This document shows, piece after piece, positions 1 to 9,715 of a stretch of DNA of 64,000 bases. The notes under the pieces were generated by a model, which made no database searches, was not told the DNA's origin, and was given only the letters and a program-made list of their open reading frames with translations. The DNA lies in the NCBI GenBank assembly GCA_002450015.1, contig DJYG01000037.1:3149-67148 (forward strand), in the 5' to 3' direction. Origin of the DNA: Cyanobacteria bacterium UBA6984. Lineage in GTDB: Bacteria; Cyanobacteriota; Vampirovibrionia; Gastranaerophilales; Gastranaerophilaceae. The translations under genes were made by a program, and so were the position numbers. Numbering within the stretch: the first letter of the stretch is position 1; every line of letters starts with the position of its first letter.

Positions 1-2892
1 AATCCTAACGGATTTAAAAATAAAGATTTTAGATATACTTTAAGTTTGATTTACCAAACTGTCGAAGATGAATTTGCAGGAATATTTTTAAGTCCAAATC
101 CGCCTGTAAGAAATACTGATTTTTATTTGGTAAATAATGCAGGTAAACAATCCTTTTTTGTGACACCAACAAATAATTTTCAGTATTATTTAAAGTCAAA
201 AGGTTCTTTGTTCCGTTGTTCTTCAAGTGTTTTAGGAACAAAAGTCGGATATGCATTACCGCTTGATTTAGTTTTGGATTACTTTGGTGGTTTTGGCGAT
301 ATTGTGGATTTTCAAGACCTTTCATATACTTTTATATATTTAAATAAACTAACTCAATTCGTAATGAAATTAATTGAAAAATTATATTTTATTCCGACTG
401 TTAAGCGTCGTGGTCAAATGTTCAGAATTGTTTATGAGCCTATTATTGCAAATAAGCAATTGGCAAGGATTATCAATCAATTTGAAGAAAATCTGCCTGA
501 AGATTTGTTTATTCAAGGTGAAATGCCTAAAAACTTTGTAACTGAGTTTATATATAATTATTTAAATTATGTTATTTATAAATTTTTGGGTATTAAAGCG
601 TACAAATTCAAAGATATTAAATCAGGAACATATCTGATTAAGGATTTGGAGCAAAAATCATTGATGAAAGGTAATGATTATGCGGAAAATTTTGCTCAAT
701 GGTTTGATGAACTGTATCTTGGCAAGTATGATGTTATTCCTTTCTTTAAGGTTAATAAAGTTACTGATGAAGAATTTGAATTAAAAGTTCATATTAAAAA
801 TAGAAAAACAGGAGAAACAGCTTTAATTGACCAACTTTATACAGATGAACAAGTTTTTGGTGTAACATCTTCTGATATTGCAAAAATTGTTGAAAAACAA
901 TTGAATTATGCAACAAGATATATGCCTGAATTGGAAATGCTGTTTGAAGATGAAGATAAACTGTCATTAACACTTGATTTGGGCGAGGTTTATAAAATAA
1001 TTACGCAAACAGCATATTATTTACAAAAAGCTCAAATTGAGGTTATATTGCCTGATGAATTGGTTAATGTTGTTGTTCCTCGTGCTTCTATTAATGCTAA
1101 AGTCAAGGCTTCCCGTTCAGGTGAGTTACTGGATATATTCAATACAACATCATCAAGTTCTTTGTCTTTAGATGATATTTTGGAATTTTCTTATGAAATA
1201 GCATTGGGTAATGAAAAAATGTCATTAGAAGAATTTCAGGAATTAATAAAAGATTCTAAAGGTCTTGTAAAATACAAAAACAAGTACATCCTTGTTGATG
1301 AAGATGAAAGTAAAAAGCTTATTGAAAAAATTTCTAAAGCTGATCACAGCAAGATGACAAGAATGCAATTAATCCATGCATCTATGTCAGGTCAAATAGA
1401 TGAATATGATTTTGATTATGATGAAGCATTTGCAAATATTTTGAAAGATTTTACAAAACCTGTTGAAGTTACTCCGCCAAAAGAATTAAAAGGTGAGTTA
1501 AGACCTTATCAGCAAACGGGTTTAAAATGGTTATGGACAAACGTTTCAAAGGGTTTTGGCTGTTGTATGGCAGACGATATGGGTTTAGGTAAAACTATTC
1601 AAGTTATTAGTTTGATTTTAAAGCTGAAAGAAGAAGATAAACTAAAAAAGCCTGTGCTTGTTGTTTGTCCGACAACTTTAATGGGTAATTGGATGAAAGA
1701 ATTGCAGCTTTTTGCGCCATCAATAAAAGCAGTAACTTACCACGGAGCAGAAAGAAAGTTAAATACAGACGTTGATATTATTCTTACAACTTATGCGATT
1801 ATGAGAATTGATATTGAGGAATTGAAAAAACATCAATGGGGAATGATTATTGTTGATGAAGCCCAAAATATTAAAAATCCTGATACAGCACAAACTCTTG
1901 CTGTGAAAATATTGAAATCAGATATAAAAATCGCTATGACAGGTACTCCTGTTGAAAATAGATTAACAGAGTTGTGGAGTATTTTTGACTTTATAAATGG
2001 CGGATATCTTGGTACTTTAAGGGAATTTCAAAAAAGTTATGCTATTCCTATTGAACGATTTAAAGAAACTTCTCGTGCTACAAAATTAAAAATGTCTGTT
2101 TCTCCATTTGTTTTACGACGTCTTAAAACAGATAAACAAGTTATTTCAGACTTACCTGAAAAAATGGTACTTAATGATTACTGCTACTTATCTAAAAATC
2201 AAGCAGTGCTTTATGAAAAAACTCTTAATGAAATGATGGAAAAAATTAGTGGATTTACGGGTATTAACAGACGTGGTAATATCTTTAAACTTATTACAGC
2301 TCTAAAACAAATTTGTAATCACCCATACCAATTCCTGAAGTCTGGAGATATGAACAAAGAATCCTCCGGTAAAATGGAACAATGTATTCAACTTGTTCAA
2401 AGTATTATTGATAACGATGAAAAAACATTAATATTTACTCAATATAAGGAAATGGGTGATATTCTTGTTAAAATTATTGAAGAAGAATGTGGTACGATAC
2501 CTGTATTTTTCCACGGTTCATTAAACGTAAATCAACGTGAACAAATGATTGAAGATTTCCAAAATAATCCTGAAACAAAAGTAATGATATTATCATTAAA
2601 AGCAGGTGGTACAGGTTTGAACTTAACAAGTGCAACAAATGTAATTCATTACGATTTATGGTGGAATCCTGCGGTTGAAGATCAGGCGACCGACCGTACC
2701 TATCGTATCGGACAAGATAAAAACGTTATGGTTCACAGACTTATTACCTTAGGTACATTTGAAGAAAAAATTGACGAAATGTTGAAGTCTAAAAAAGAAC
2801 TTGCAGATATGGCTGTTTACGAAGGCGAAAAGATTATTACAGAACTTTCAGACCAAGAAATTTACGAAATATTTACTCTTACTGCTCAGTAA
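1..2892 (+). CDS. SNF2/SWI2-family DNA-dependent ATPase/helicase (YwqA/RapA-like), probably 5'-truncated by the window edge
   Basis: The track ORF 46..2892 starts at TTG, but the frame stays open back to base 1. Helicase motif I DDMGLGKT, motif II DEAQNIKN, C-terminal helicase block LKAGGTGLNLTSATNVIHYDLWWNPAVEDQATDRTYRIGQ. Confidence 0.9.
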   Translation, partial: NPNGFKNKDFRYTLSLIYQTVEDEFAGIFLSPNPPVRNTDFYLVNNAGKQSFFVTPTNNFQYYLKSKGSLFRCSSSVLGTKVGYALPLDLVLDYFGGFGDIVDFQDLSYTFIYLNKLTQFVMKLIEKLYFIPTVKRRGQMFRIVYEPIIANKQLARIINQFEENLPEDLFIQGEMPKNFVTEFIYNYLNYVIYKFLGIKAYKFKDIKSGTYLIKDLEQKSLMKGNDYAENFAQWFDELYLGKYDVIPFFKVNKVTDEEFELKVHIKNRKTGETALIDQLYTDEQVFGVTSSDIAKIVEKQLNYATRYMPELEMLFEDEDKLSLTLDLGEVYKIITQTAYYLQKAQIEVILPDELVNVVVPRASINAKVKASRSGELLDIFNTTSSSSLSLDDILEFSYEIALGNEKMSLEEFQELIKDSKGLVKYKNKYILVDEDESKKLIEKISKADHSKMTRMQLIHASMSGQIDEYDFDYDEAFANILKDFTKPVEVTPPKELKGELRPYQQTGLKWLWTNVSKGFGCCMADDMGLGKTIQVISLILKLKEEDKLKKPVLVVCPTTLMGNWMKELQLFAPSIKAVTYHGAERKLNTDVDIILTTYAIMRIDIEELKKHQWGMIIVDEAQNIKNPDTAQTLAVKILKSDIKIAMTGTPVENRLTELWSIFDFINGGYLGTLREFQKSYAIPIERFKETSRATKLKMSVSPFVLRRLKTDKQVISDLPEKMVLNDYCYLSKNQAVLYEKTLNEMMEKISGFTGINRRGNIFKLITALKQICNHPYQFLKSGDMNKESSGKMEQCIQLVQSIIDNDEKTLIFTQYKEMGDILVKIIEEECGTIPVFFHGSLNVNQREQMIEDFQNNPETKVMILSLKAGGTGLNLTSATNVIHYDLWWNPAVEDQATDRTYRIGQDKNVMVHRLITLGTFEEKIDEMLKSKKELADMAVYEGEKIITELSDQEIYEIFTLTAQ

Positions 2893-2896
2893 AAAA

Positions 2897-3523
2897 TTAT
2901 TTAACGGTTTTTAAAATTTCCATTATAGAAAAATAATGTGCAGCAGCACCTGCTATAACAAAAAGGTGCCAAATGCTGTGCATGAATTTCTTTTTAATAA
3001 GGTAAAAAATACATCCTGCTGAATAAAATAAACCACCTAAAAGTAATAACCAAACTGCAAAATGGCTAGCATTTGTCCAAATAGAATAAAACAAAAACAA
3101 AGACAACCAGCCCATTACTAAATATAATCCTGTTGATAAATATTTAAATTTTAGAGTAAGACAAGAATATACTATTCCTGTAATTGCAAGATACCACGTC
3201 ATTGCAAGTAATGCTACAGAAAGCGGAAATGGTACGACAAGCAGTAAGATTGGAGTATAAGTTCCTGCTATCAGCATAAATATTGCGCTATGGTCAATTT
3301 TTCGAAAAACCTTTTTTGCTGTTTCGTTTACCATTGCGTGGTATAACGTAGAGGATTGAAATAGAATAAATAAAGTTGCTCCATAAATAGCAGTAGATGC
3401 AGCTTCCATAGCATTATGAGAACTCACGGCAAGCATTACAATTGCATAAATAGAAAGTAATGCACCAATAGAATGTGTGAATGCATTTGTAAATTCTTCC
3501 GCTGTTGTGTATTTTCTTTCCAT
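2897..3523 (-). CDS. hemolysin III / PAQR family membrane protein
   Basis: 208-aa multi-pass membrane ORF with signatures NAFTHSIGA, SSTLYH, DHSAIFMLIAGTYTP and HLFVIAGAAAHY. Confidence 0.85.
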   Translation of the reverse strand: MERKYTTAEEFTNAFTHSIGALLSIYAIVMLAVSSHNAMEAASTAIYGATLFILFQSSTLYHAMVNETAKKVFRKIDHSAIFMLIAGTYTPILLLVVPFPLSVALLAMTWYLAITGIVYSCLTLKFKYLSTGLYLVMGWLSLFLFYSIWTNASHFAVWLLLLGGLFYSAGCIFYLIKKKFMHSIWHLFVIAGAAAHYFSIMEILKTVK

Positions 3524-3635
3524 AATTTTAAACCAAGTTTATCATAATTAATTTTTAAATTCAATAAATGCTGTTTATGGCAATTTTCATGAAGAAATTT
3601 ACTTTATATAAATGTATAAGTGTATTTGTGTATAA

Positions 3636-4844
3636 ATGATTATCAATAATAATTACAAAAGTTTTATCCAACCAAATTTTACGGCAAATGTTATGCCGAA
3701 AAATTGTGCTGAATATATAGATAATAAGTTAAAAAATGCTAAAACGGTTGATATTTTTTGTCATACATCAAGTGATGAAGATTCTTTTAATAGCGCAAAA
3801 GCAATGTATTCTTATCTTGAATCACAAGGTATAAAATCAAGAATTGTCGTATCAAACGGTAAAGAATGCTATGATTACAACACAAACAAATACAATATTA
3901 TACAGGCAGATGATGTTAACGAAACAACTAAAAAAGCCGATTTGGCATTGTGTTTAGATTTTAGTGCAAAAAGTCGAGCTGTTCCTAATGTTGCAAAATT
4001 TATAAATAGTTATGGTGCAAATGTTGTAGGTTTTGACCACCATAATAACTCTGATAAAATTACGCCAAATTATAATCAAATTACACAATCTTATGCAAAA
4101 ACACAAGAATTACCAAAGTTGGAAGCAAGGAATTTTTATATTGATTCCAGTGCCAAATCAAATTGTGCGATTATATCAAGATTTTTTGATGCTATTGGTC
4201 ACAAAATTAACCGTGAAGAAGGTCGTTCTCTTCTTGCGGGCATGATTGATGATACCTCAAAGGATGGTTTTACTAAAGTTTCTAAACTGGGTCAAATTGA
4301 AGTTTCTGATAAAACCAATGATAATGGTAATACTAAAACTGTTATGAATAATGTTTTATCAAGATTAAATATTTTTGACAAATTAAATGTTTTAAAACAC
4401 TTTGCAGATAAGTCAAAATTAACAGATAAAGAAATTAAATTTCAAAATACATTAAAAAATCGTACACAATATTCTAACAATGGAAAATTTGCATACCTTG
4501 AAATTCAACAAGGTGATAAAGAGTGGGAAAATTTAGGTAGAGATACAATTAGAACAAAAACAGTTCTTGGCAATTACCGAAAACAAATGCTTAATGATAA
4601 AAATGTGGATGCTGTTGCCGTTTTCTTCCCGACAAATGAACAAGATATTTACAAAATGAGTATTATTACTAAAAAAGATTACGCAAAACAAATTATTGAT
4701 AATATAAAAACAACAACTTGTCCTGATTTGGTTGCAGGTGGTCATGATGACAGAAGCGGAGGAAGTTTATCTTCATCAGACAAACAAAAATGCCATGAGT
4801 GGGTAAATTTGTTTGTAAATGCTGCAAACGAAGTTTTATCTTAA
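3636..4844 (+). CDS. DHH/DHHA1-family phosphoesterase (NrnA-like), atypical motif I
   Basis: Motifs CHTSSDEDSFNS, CLDFS, GFDHHNN, MIDDTSKDGF and C-terminal GGHDDRSGGS. Confidence 0.7.
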   Translation: MIINNNYKSFIQPNFTANVMPKNCAEYIDNKLKNAKTVDIFCHTSSDEDSFNSAKAMYSYLESQGIKSRIVVSNGKECYDYNTNKYNIIQADDVNETTKKADLALCLDFSAKSRAVPNVAKFINSYGANVVGFDHHNNSDKITPNYNQITQSYAKTQELPKLEARNFYIDSSAKSNCAIISRFFDAIGHKINREEGRSLLAGMIDDTSKDGFTKVSKLGQIEVSDKTNDNGNTKTVMNNVLSRLNIFDKLNVLKHFADKSKLTDKEIKFQNTLKNRTQYSNNGKFAYLEIQQGDKEWENLGRDTIRTKTVLGNYRKQMLNDKNVDAVAVFFPTNEQDIYKMSIITKKDYAKQIIDNIKTTTCPDLVAGGHDDRSGGSLSSSDKQKCHEWVNLFVNAANEVLS

Positions 4845-5959
4845 TTCCTGTTTAAAGTTTTTTTCAAAAATTTAACTATACCTGAATTTATATTTTTGCT
4901 TACAACCATTACTACATCTTTGTTTTGTGTATCTGTATATTCAGAATACAAGTTCTGGTCATCTTTGTTACCTACAAACACTTTCCATAAGTTAGAAACT
5001 TGTTTTCTAAAATATTTTGAACCTAAAGATGCAAAATCTGCGTTTGATATAGCGTACTCTACTGTAAATGTTAAAGCCATTTCTGATATTTTATAAGGAT
5101 TAAAATCATCTTTAATATGTATAGGTTTTTGATAAAATATTAAATCCGGTTTGAACGCTTGCAAGCTGATTAGTTTTTTTGTAGTTCTGTCCATATCGTC
5201 AATGGCATCTATTTTGAAATTTTTTAAAAGCTCCAAATTCTTTTGCATAATATCTTCATTAATAGGTTCTGATTCTAATAAATTATCTGTTACTATTATG
5301 AGCGGAAACATTTTGAAATCTTTATCAAAATATAAAAGATTATATAATCCAATAAAATCGGTATGGTTTATATCAGAACAGATAAAAACAGTTCTTATAG
5401 GCTTTTTAGAACTTTTAATCTGTTTTAATTTATTTATATAATTAGTTTTAGATATAATTTCCTGAGTTGAACAAATAAAAAAGTACTTACAAGTTGATAT
5501 TATATTTTTACTTGCAAATAAATATTTAAAAGTAGATTTACATTTACAAATTACATTTTGAAAATGTTCTCTAAAAGGTATTTGTATTATTTTATCAACA
5601 GAAACAAATTTGTTTATATAAAAATTTTTCTTTAAAAATTTTTTAGTATCAATAAATGAAATATTTGTATCCAGTACAACGTTAAATTTTAAAGCCCTTA
5701 ATGCTAACGGTTTATAAACATTAAATCCTTTATATTCGCCGGCTCTGTCATCAACAATGTGTTTATCGCTTATTCCGATTACATTCAAATAATTTTTTAT
5801 ATCGTAATTATCAAGAATAGCATCTAAAAACAATCCCATACCGAATAATACAATTTTTTTACCTTCATATTGTTCTTTTAAAATCTCCAATTTTTGTTTA
5901 AAATTAACAGATTTTAAATAATCAACGTATGAAAGATATTCTTCATTCATTGTTGTCAT
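4841..5959 (-). CDS. hypothetical protein associated with the glycan genes (function unknown)
   Basis: 372-aa ORF. The N-terminal segment KKIVLFGMGLF...VIGISDKH resembles the duplicated G-x-G module of ORF 21111..21947. It overlaps the upstream glf-like gene by 17 nt. Confidence 0.5.
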   Translation of the reverse strand: MTTMNEEYLSYVDYLKSVNFKQKLEILKEQYEGKKIVLFGMGLFLDAILDNYDIKNYLNVIGISDKHIVDDRAGEYKGFNVYKPLALRALKFNVVLDTNISFIDTKKFLKKNFYINKFVSVDKIIQIPFREHFQNVICKCKSTFKYLFASKNIISTCKYFFICSTQEIISKTNYINKLKQIKSSKKPIRTVFICSDINHTDFIGLYNLLYFDKDFKMFPLIIVTDNLLESEPINEDIMQKNLELLKNFKIDAIDDMDRTTKKLISLQAFKPDLIFYQKPIHIKDDFNPYKISEMALTFTVEYAISNADFASLGSKYFRKQVSNLWKVFVGNKDDQNLYSEYTDTQNKDVVMVVSKNINSGIVKFLKKTLNRN

Positions 5960-7136
5960 TGTTAATTTCTTCTAGTGCTCCATCTTCAATTTCATCGTTT
6001 TTTTCTTCAATATTATCGTTATTAATCATTAATCTTGCAACAGTTTCAAAAGCTCTGGTTATAAGTTCATCTGATTCATAATATTTAAATTCACCTAAGC
6101 GTCCTGCAAAAAATATATTATGTAAATTTTCGGATTCTTCAAGATATTGCCTGTATATACTTTGTGATAGTTCGTTGTTTACAGGATAAAATCTTTCGTT
6201 TTTTCCTAATTCAAAATCTTCAATATATTCAAAACCTACAATATCTTTGTTATTTGAATATATGTTGTTAGGCATTACATTTTTGTAAACATTAGCTCTT
6301 ATAAAGTCGTAGTCATACGGATAATTATATGTTGCAATTTTTCCAAAATCGGTTAAGTTCTCATTAAGCTCGACTCTTACGCTTCTATATGGTAATTCTC
6401 CATGTTTGTAGTCAAAATATTCATCAATGGAGCCGGTAAAGAAAATTCGGTCATATTTTGCAACATTAATTTCTGAAAAATCTGTATTAAGTTTTAATTT
6501 AATATTTTTGTGTTTTAGAATATTTTCAATCATGTTTGTCCAGCCGCAAACAGGAACAGCTTGGTACTTTTCTTTAAAATATCTGTCATCGAGGCTGATA
6601 AAAAACGGATAATACGTATCTGCGCAATCAGGTAATGATTCTTCTGAAAGTCCCCATTGTTTAATTGTATATGGTTTAAACACATTTTCGTAAAAATATT
6701 CTGACAAAAATTTTAAATCGTCGTCAAAATTTCTGTGCATTTCAGCCAGAGTAATTTTTTTATTATAGCCAAATTTAGCAATAAGTTTATTTTCCAACAT
6801 TTTTGCAAAATCTTCAGGGAAGATTTCGTGCAAAGTTAATAGGCAAAGCGGCATAGTTGCACTAAATCCCTGAATTTGTACTAAAGGTCTGAACGTTACA
6901 GGGGTTAAATTTGCAAAATTTGATAAATAATCCCATATAAATTTACTGTTTGTGTGTAAGAAGTTTAAATGTTTTGGCTGAACTAAAATTCCTGAGTCTT
7001 TATCCAAATAATCATAATGCATGCCGCCAACGTGAGAAGCTCTATCAATGACAGTAACATTTTCTCGTAACTTTGAAGCTATTCTTTCTGCGATAACAGC
7101 ACCTGTTAATCCTGCCCCTACTACCAAATTGTTCAT
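5943..7136 (-). CDS. glf: UDP-galactopyranose mutase-like flavoenzyme (divergent paralog)
   Basis: FAD fold VVGAGLTGAVIAERIA. UGM-like blocks YTIKQWG, DRYFKEKYQAVP, FTGSIDEYFDYKHGELPYRS, GRLGEFKYY. Clear paralog of ORF 25634..26734. Confidence 0.75.
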   Translation of the reverse strand: MNNLVVGAGLTGAVIAERIASKLRENVTVIDRASHVGGMHYDYLDKDSGILVQPKHLNFLHTNSKFIWDYLSNFANLTPVTFRPLVQIQGFSATMPLCLLTLHEIFPEDFAKMLENKLIAKFGYNKKITLAEMHRNFDDDLKFLSEYFYENVFKPYTIKQWGLSEESLPDCADTYYPFFISLDDRYFKEKYQAVPVCGWTNMIENILKHKNIKLKLNTDFSEINVAKYDRIFFTGSIDEYFDYKHGELPYRSVRVELNENLTDFGKIATYNYPYDYDFIRANVYKNVMPNNIYSNNKDIVGFEYIEDFELGKNERFYPVNNELSQSIYRQYLEESENLHNIFFAGRLGEFKYYESDELITRAFETVARLMINNDNIEEKNDEIEDGALEEINNDNNE

Positions 7137-7186
7137 AAATTTACTCCTGTAAAGTTAGTGTACCATGAGCTTGCGTGATATGCATA

Positions 7187-7873
7187 TTAGTCAACAAACC
7201 TAAATTTTATAAGCGCCCATATTGCATGAAACCCATCTTTCCAAGTTATCTTTTTACCTTCAGCATATTCCCTGCCGTAGTAAGAAATAGGTAATTCATA
7301 CAACCTTGCACCTTTTTTAAGCACTTTTGCCGTTATTTCAGGCTCAAAATCAAATCGGTTTGACTTAATGTCAATATCTTTTATAAAATCGGCTCTAAAA
7401 GCCTTATAGCAAGTTTCCATATCTGTTAATGTGGTATTATATAAAATGTTAGTTAAAAATGTAAGCAGTTTATTTCCAAGCAGGTGATGAAACATAAAAG
7501 CTCTTGAAGGTTTCCCGCCATTTAGCCTTGTTCCGTATGCAACGTCTGCATTATCTTCAATTATTAATTTTATTAAGTCTTTGTAATCAGAAGGATCATA
7601 TTCCAAATCTGCGTCTTGAATAATAACAATATCTCCAGTGGCTTCTTTAAGACCTGTTCTTATTGCCGCACCTTTACCTTGGTTTACATCATGATACAAA
7701 ACTTTATATGGTAAAGTAGCATAAAGTTCTTTTGTTCCGTCAGTTGAACAATCGTCAATTAAAATAATTTCTTTTTCTAATCCGCATAAATCAGCATTTT
7801 CAACCTTTTTCAAAATTTCATTTAACGTATTCGCTTCGTTAAATATTGGTATTAACACTGTTATTTTTTGCAT
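7187..7873 (-). CDS. family 2 glycosyltransferase (polyprenol-phosphate sugar transferase-like)
   Basis: GT-A motifs ITVLIPIFNEA, IDDCSTDGT, IIQDADLEYDP. Short 228-aa DPM1/ArnC-like form. Confidence 0.85.
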   Translation of the reverse strand: MQKITVLIPIFNEANTLNEILKKVENADLCGLEKEIILIDDCSTDGTKELYATLPYKVLYHDVNQGKGAAIRTGLKEATGDIVIIQDADLEYDPSDYKDLIKLIIEDNADVAYGTRLNGGKPSRAFMFHHLLGNKLLTFLTNILYNTTLTDMETCYKAFRADFIKDIDIKSNRFDFEPEITAKVLKKGARLYELPISYYGREYAEGKKITWKDGFHAIWALIKFRFVD

Positions 7874-7963
7874 TTTTTATCTCCAAAAATTATAATTAAA
7901 AAAAATTTTGAATTATTATTATATATATTGTACAATAAAAATATAAAAATATAAGGATTTAAA

Positions 7964-9715
7964 ATGAATACAACAGGATTAACCGATTTAAAAGACATTG
8001 AATATGCAAATAATTTATTAAATACTGCTGTGAAAGAGTTTAATAAAAAGAATTTTTCAATGTGTAAAAATTTATTAAATGAAGCGCAGCCGACATTTAA
8101 AACAAATAATGACGGAGCAAAAATTTCAATATGTTTAGCATTGGAAGGTGCTATTGAATATATTGAGGACAAAAACAAATATGATGATGCTTTGTCATTG
8201 TTGGAAGATGCTAAATATCTTGCTACTTATACGCAAGACCATGATGCAAAAACATTTTCGGAATATATTTTGGGCATTGTGTATAAACTTGAAAAAAGTT
8301 ATGATTTGTCTAAACTTCATTTTACAAGTGCAAAAAATTTGGCATTTAAGGGTGATGATTTGAATTTGCTTGATTTAATTACAGAAAATCTTGAAGAAAT
8401 TCAATCAATTTCAAACGGTTTGCTTGCAAATAAACGTGATCCGTTGGTAGCATTGGTTAAAATAGGTCAATCAGTTTCAGCTGAAACTAATATTGACTCT
8501 TTGATAAGAGTAATTGCAGAAGAAACAAAAGAAGCTATTCAAGCCGATCGCTGTACAGTGTTCCTGTTTGATAAAGAGCATAATGAACTCTGGTCAAAAG
8601 TAGCATTAGGTATGGAAAATTCTGAAATAAGATTTCCTGCAGATAAAGGGCTTGCCGGTCATTGTGTTAAAACAGGTGAAACTATTAACATTAAAGATGC
8701 TTACAACGATTCGCGTTTTAACCCTGAAATTGACTATAAGACAGGATATAAAACAAAAACCATATTGTGTATGCCGATTAAAAATCTTCAACAAAAAATT
8801 ATCGGTGCATTTCAAGTTTTAAATAAATTGGAAGGTTATTTTACTGACGAAGATGAAGATTTATTGGTAGCAATCGGTTCATCTGCCGGTATTGCATTAG
8901 AAAATGCTCAATTGTTTAAAACACAGCAAAAAATGTTGGAAGAACAAAAAATAGTATTTGAAAGTTTTATTGAAACACTTGCCGCATCTATTGATGCCCG
9001 CGACAAGATTACGGCAGGTCATTCAAGCCGTGTAAGAATGTATTCTTCATTAATTGCAAAAGCAATGAATATGACAGAAAATGAAGTCAATATTATTGAA
9101 AAAGCTGCAACATTGCACGATATTGGTAAAATTGGTATTAGAGATTCTGTTTTACAAAAAGAAGGTCGTTTGACTGATGAGGAGTACAAACACATTCAAT
9201 CTCATGTTGAAATTACTCATGATATTCTTCAAAAAATTCACATGTCAGAAGATTTCAAAAAAGTTGCAGAAATAGCTTGTTCTCACCATGAAAAATTTGA
9301 TGGTACAGGTTATTACAGACATAACAACGGGAAAGAAATTCCTTTGGGCGGAAGAATTTTGGCAGTATCAGATGTTTTTGATGCTATAACATCAAAAAGA
9401 CACTATCGTGACAAAATGCCTATTGAAAAAGTTATGGGAATTTTATTAAAAGATTCAGGAACTCATTTTGATGGTTCGATTGTTGATGTATTTATGAATT
9501 TACGCTGCAATAGTATTATCAAAGTCTTTTTGACTGAAAATCATTTAGAGCTAAATCCGCAAGATGAAGAATTTTTATCTAAATATACTATGCGGGATTT
9601 GTATGATACTTTACAGTTAGAACCTGATACTCTTGATAATACGCAGCAAAATTTTATTAGTTTATTTAATACTTATTATTATGGTCAAATGACAAAGGAT
9701 ACTACAAATGATTAA
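7964..9715 (+). CDS. GAF domain-containing HD-GYP-type phosphohydrolase with TPR-like N-terminus
   Basis: GAF-like block DRCTVFLFDKEHNELWSKVA...GLAGHCVKTGETINIKDAY. HD-GYP block HDIGKIGIRDSVLQK...HHEKFDGTGYY (GYP degenerated to GYY). Confidence 0.85.
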   Translation: MNTTGLTDLKDIEYANNLLNTAVKEFNKKNFSMCKNLLNEAQPTFKTNNDGAKISICLALEGAIEYIEDKNKYDDALSLLEDAKYLATYTQDHDAKTFSEYILGIVYKLEKSYDLSKLHFTSAKNLAFKGDDLNLLDLITENLEEIQSISNGLLANKRDPLVALVKIGQSVSAETNIDSLIRVIAEETKEAIQADRCTVFLFDKEHNELWSKVALGMENSEIRFPADKGLAGHCVKTGETINIKDAYNDSRFNPEIDYKTGYKTKTILCMPIKNLQQKIIGAFQVLNKLEGYFTDEDEDLLVAIGSSAGIALENAQLFKTQQKMLEEQKIVFESFIETLAASIDARDKITAGHSSRVRMYSSLIAKAMNMTENEVNIIEKAATLHDIGKIGIRDSVLQKEGRLTDEEYKHIQSHVEITHDILQKIHMSEDFKKVAEIACSHHEKFDGTGYYRHNNGKEIPLGGRILAVSDVFDAITSKRHYRDKMPIEKVMGILLKDSGTHFDGSIVDVFMNLRCNSIIKVFLTENHLELNPQDEEFLSKYTMRDLYDTLQLEPDTLDNTQQNFISLFNTYYYGQMTKDTTND

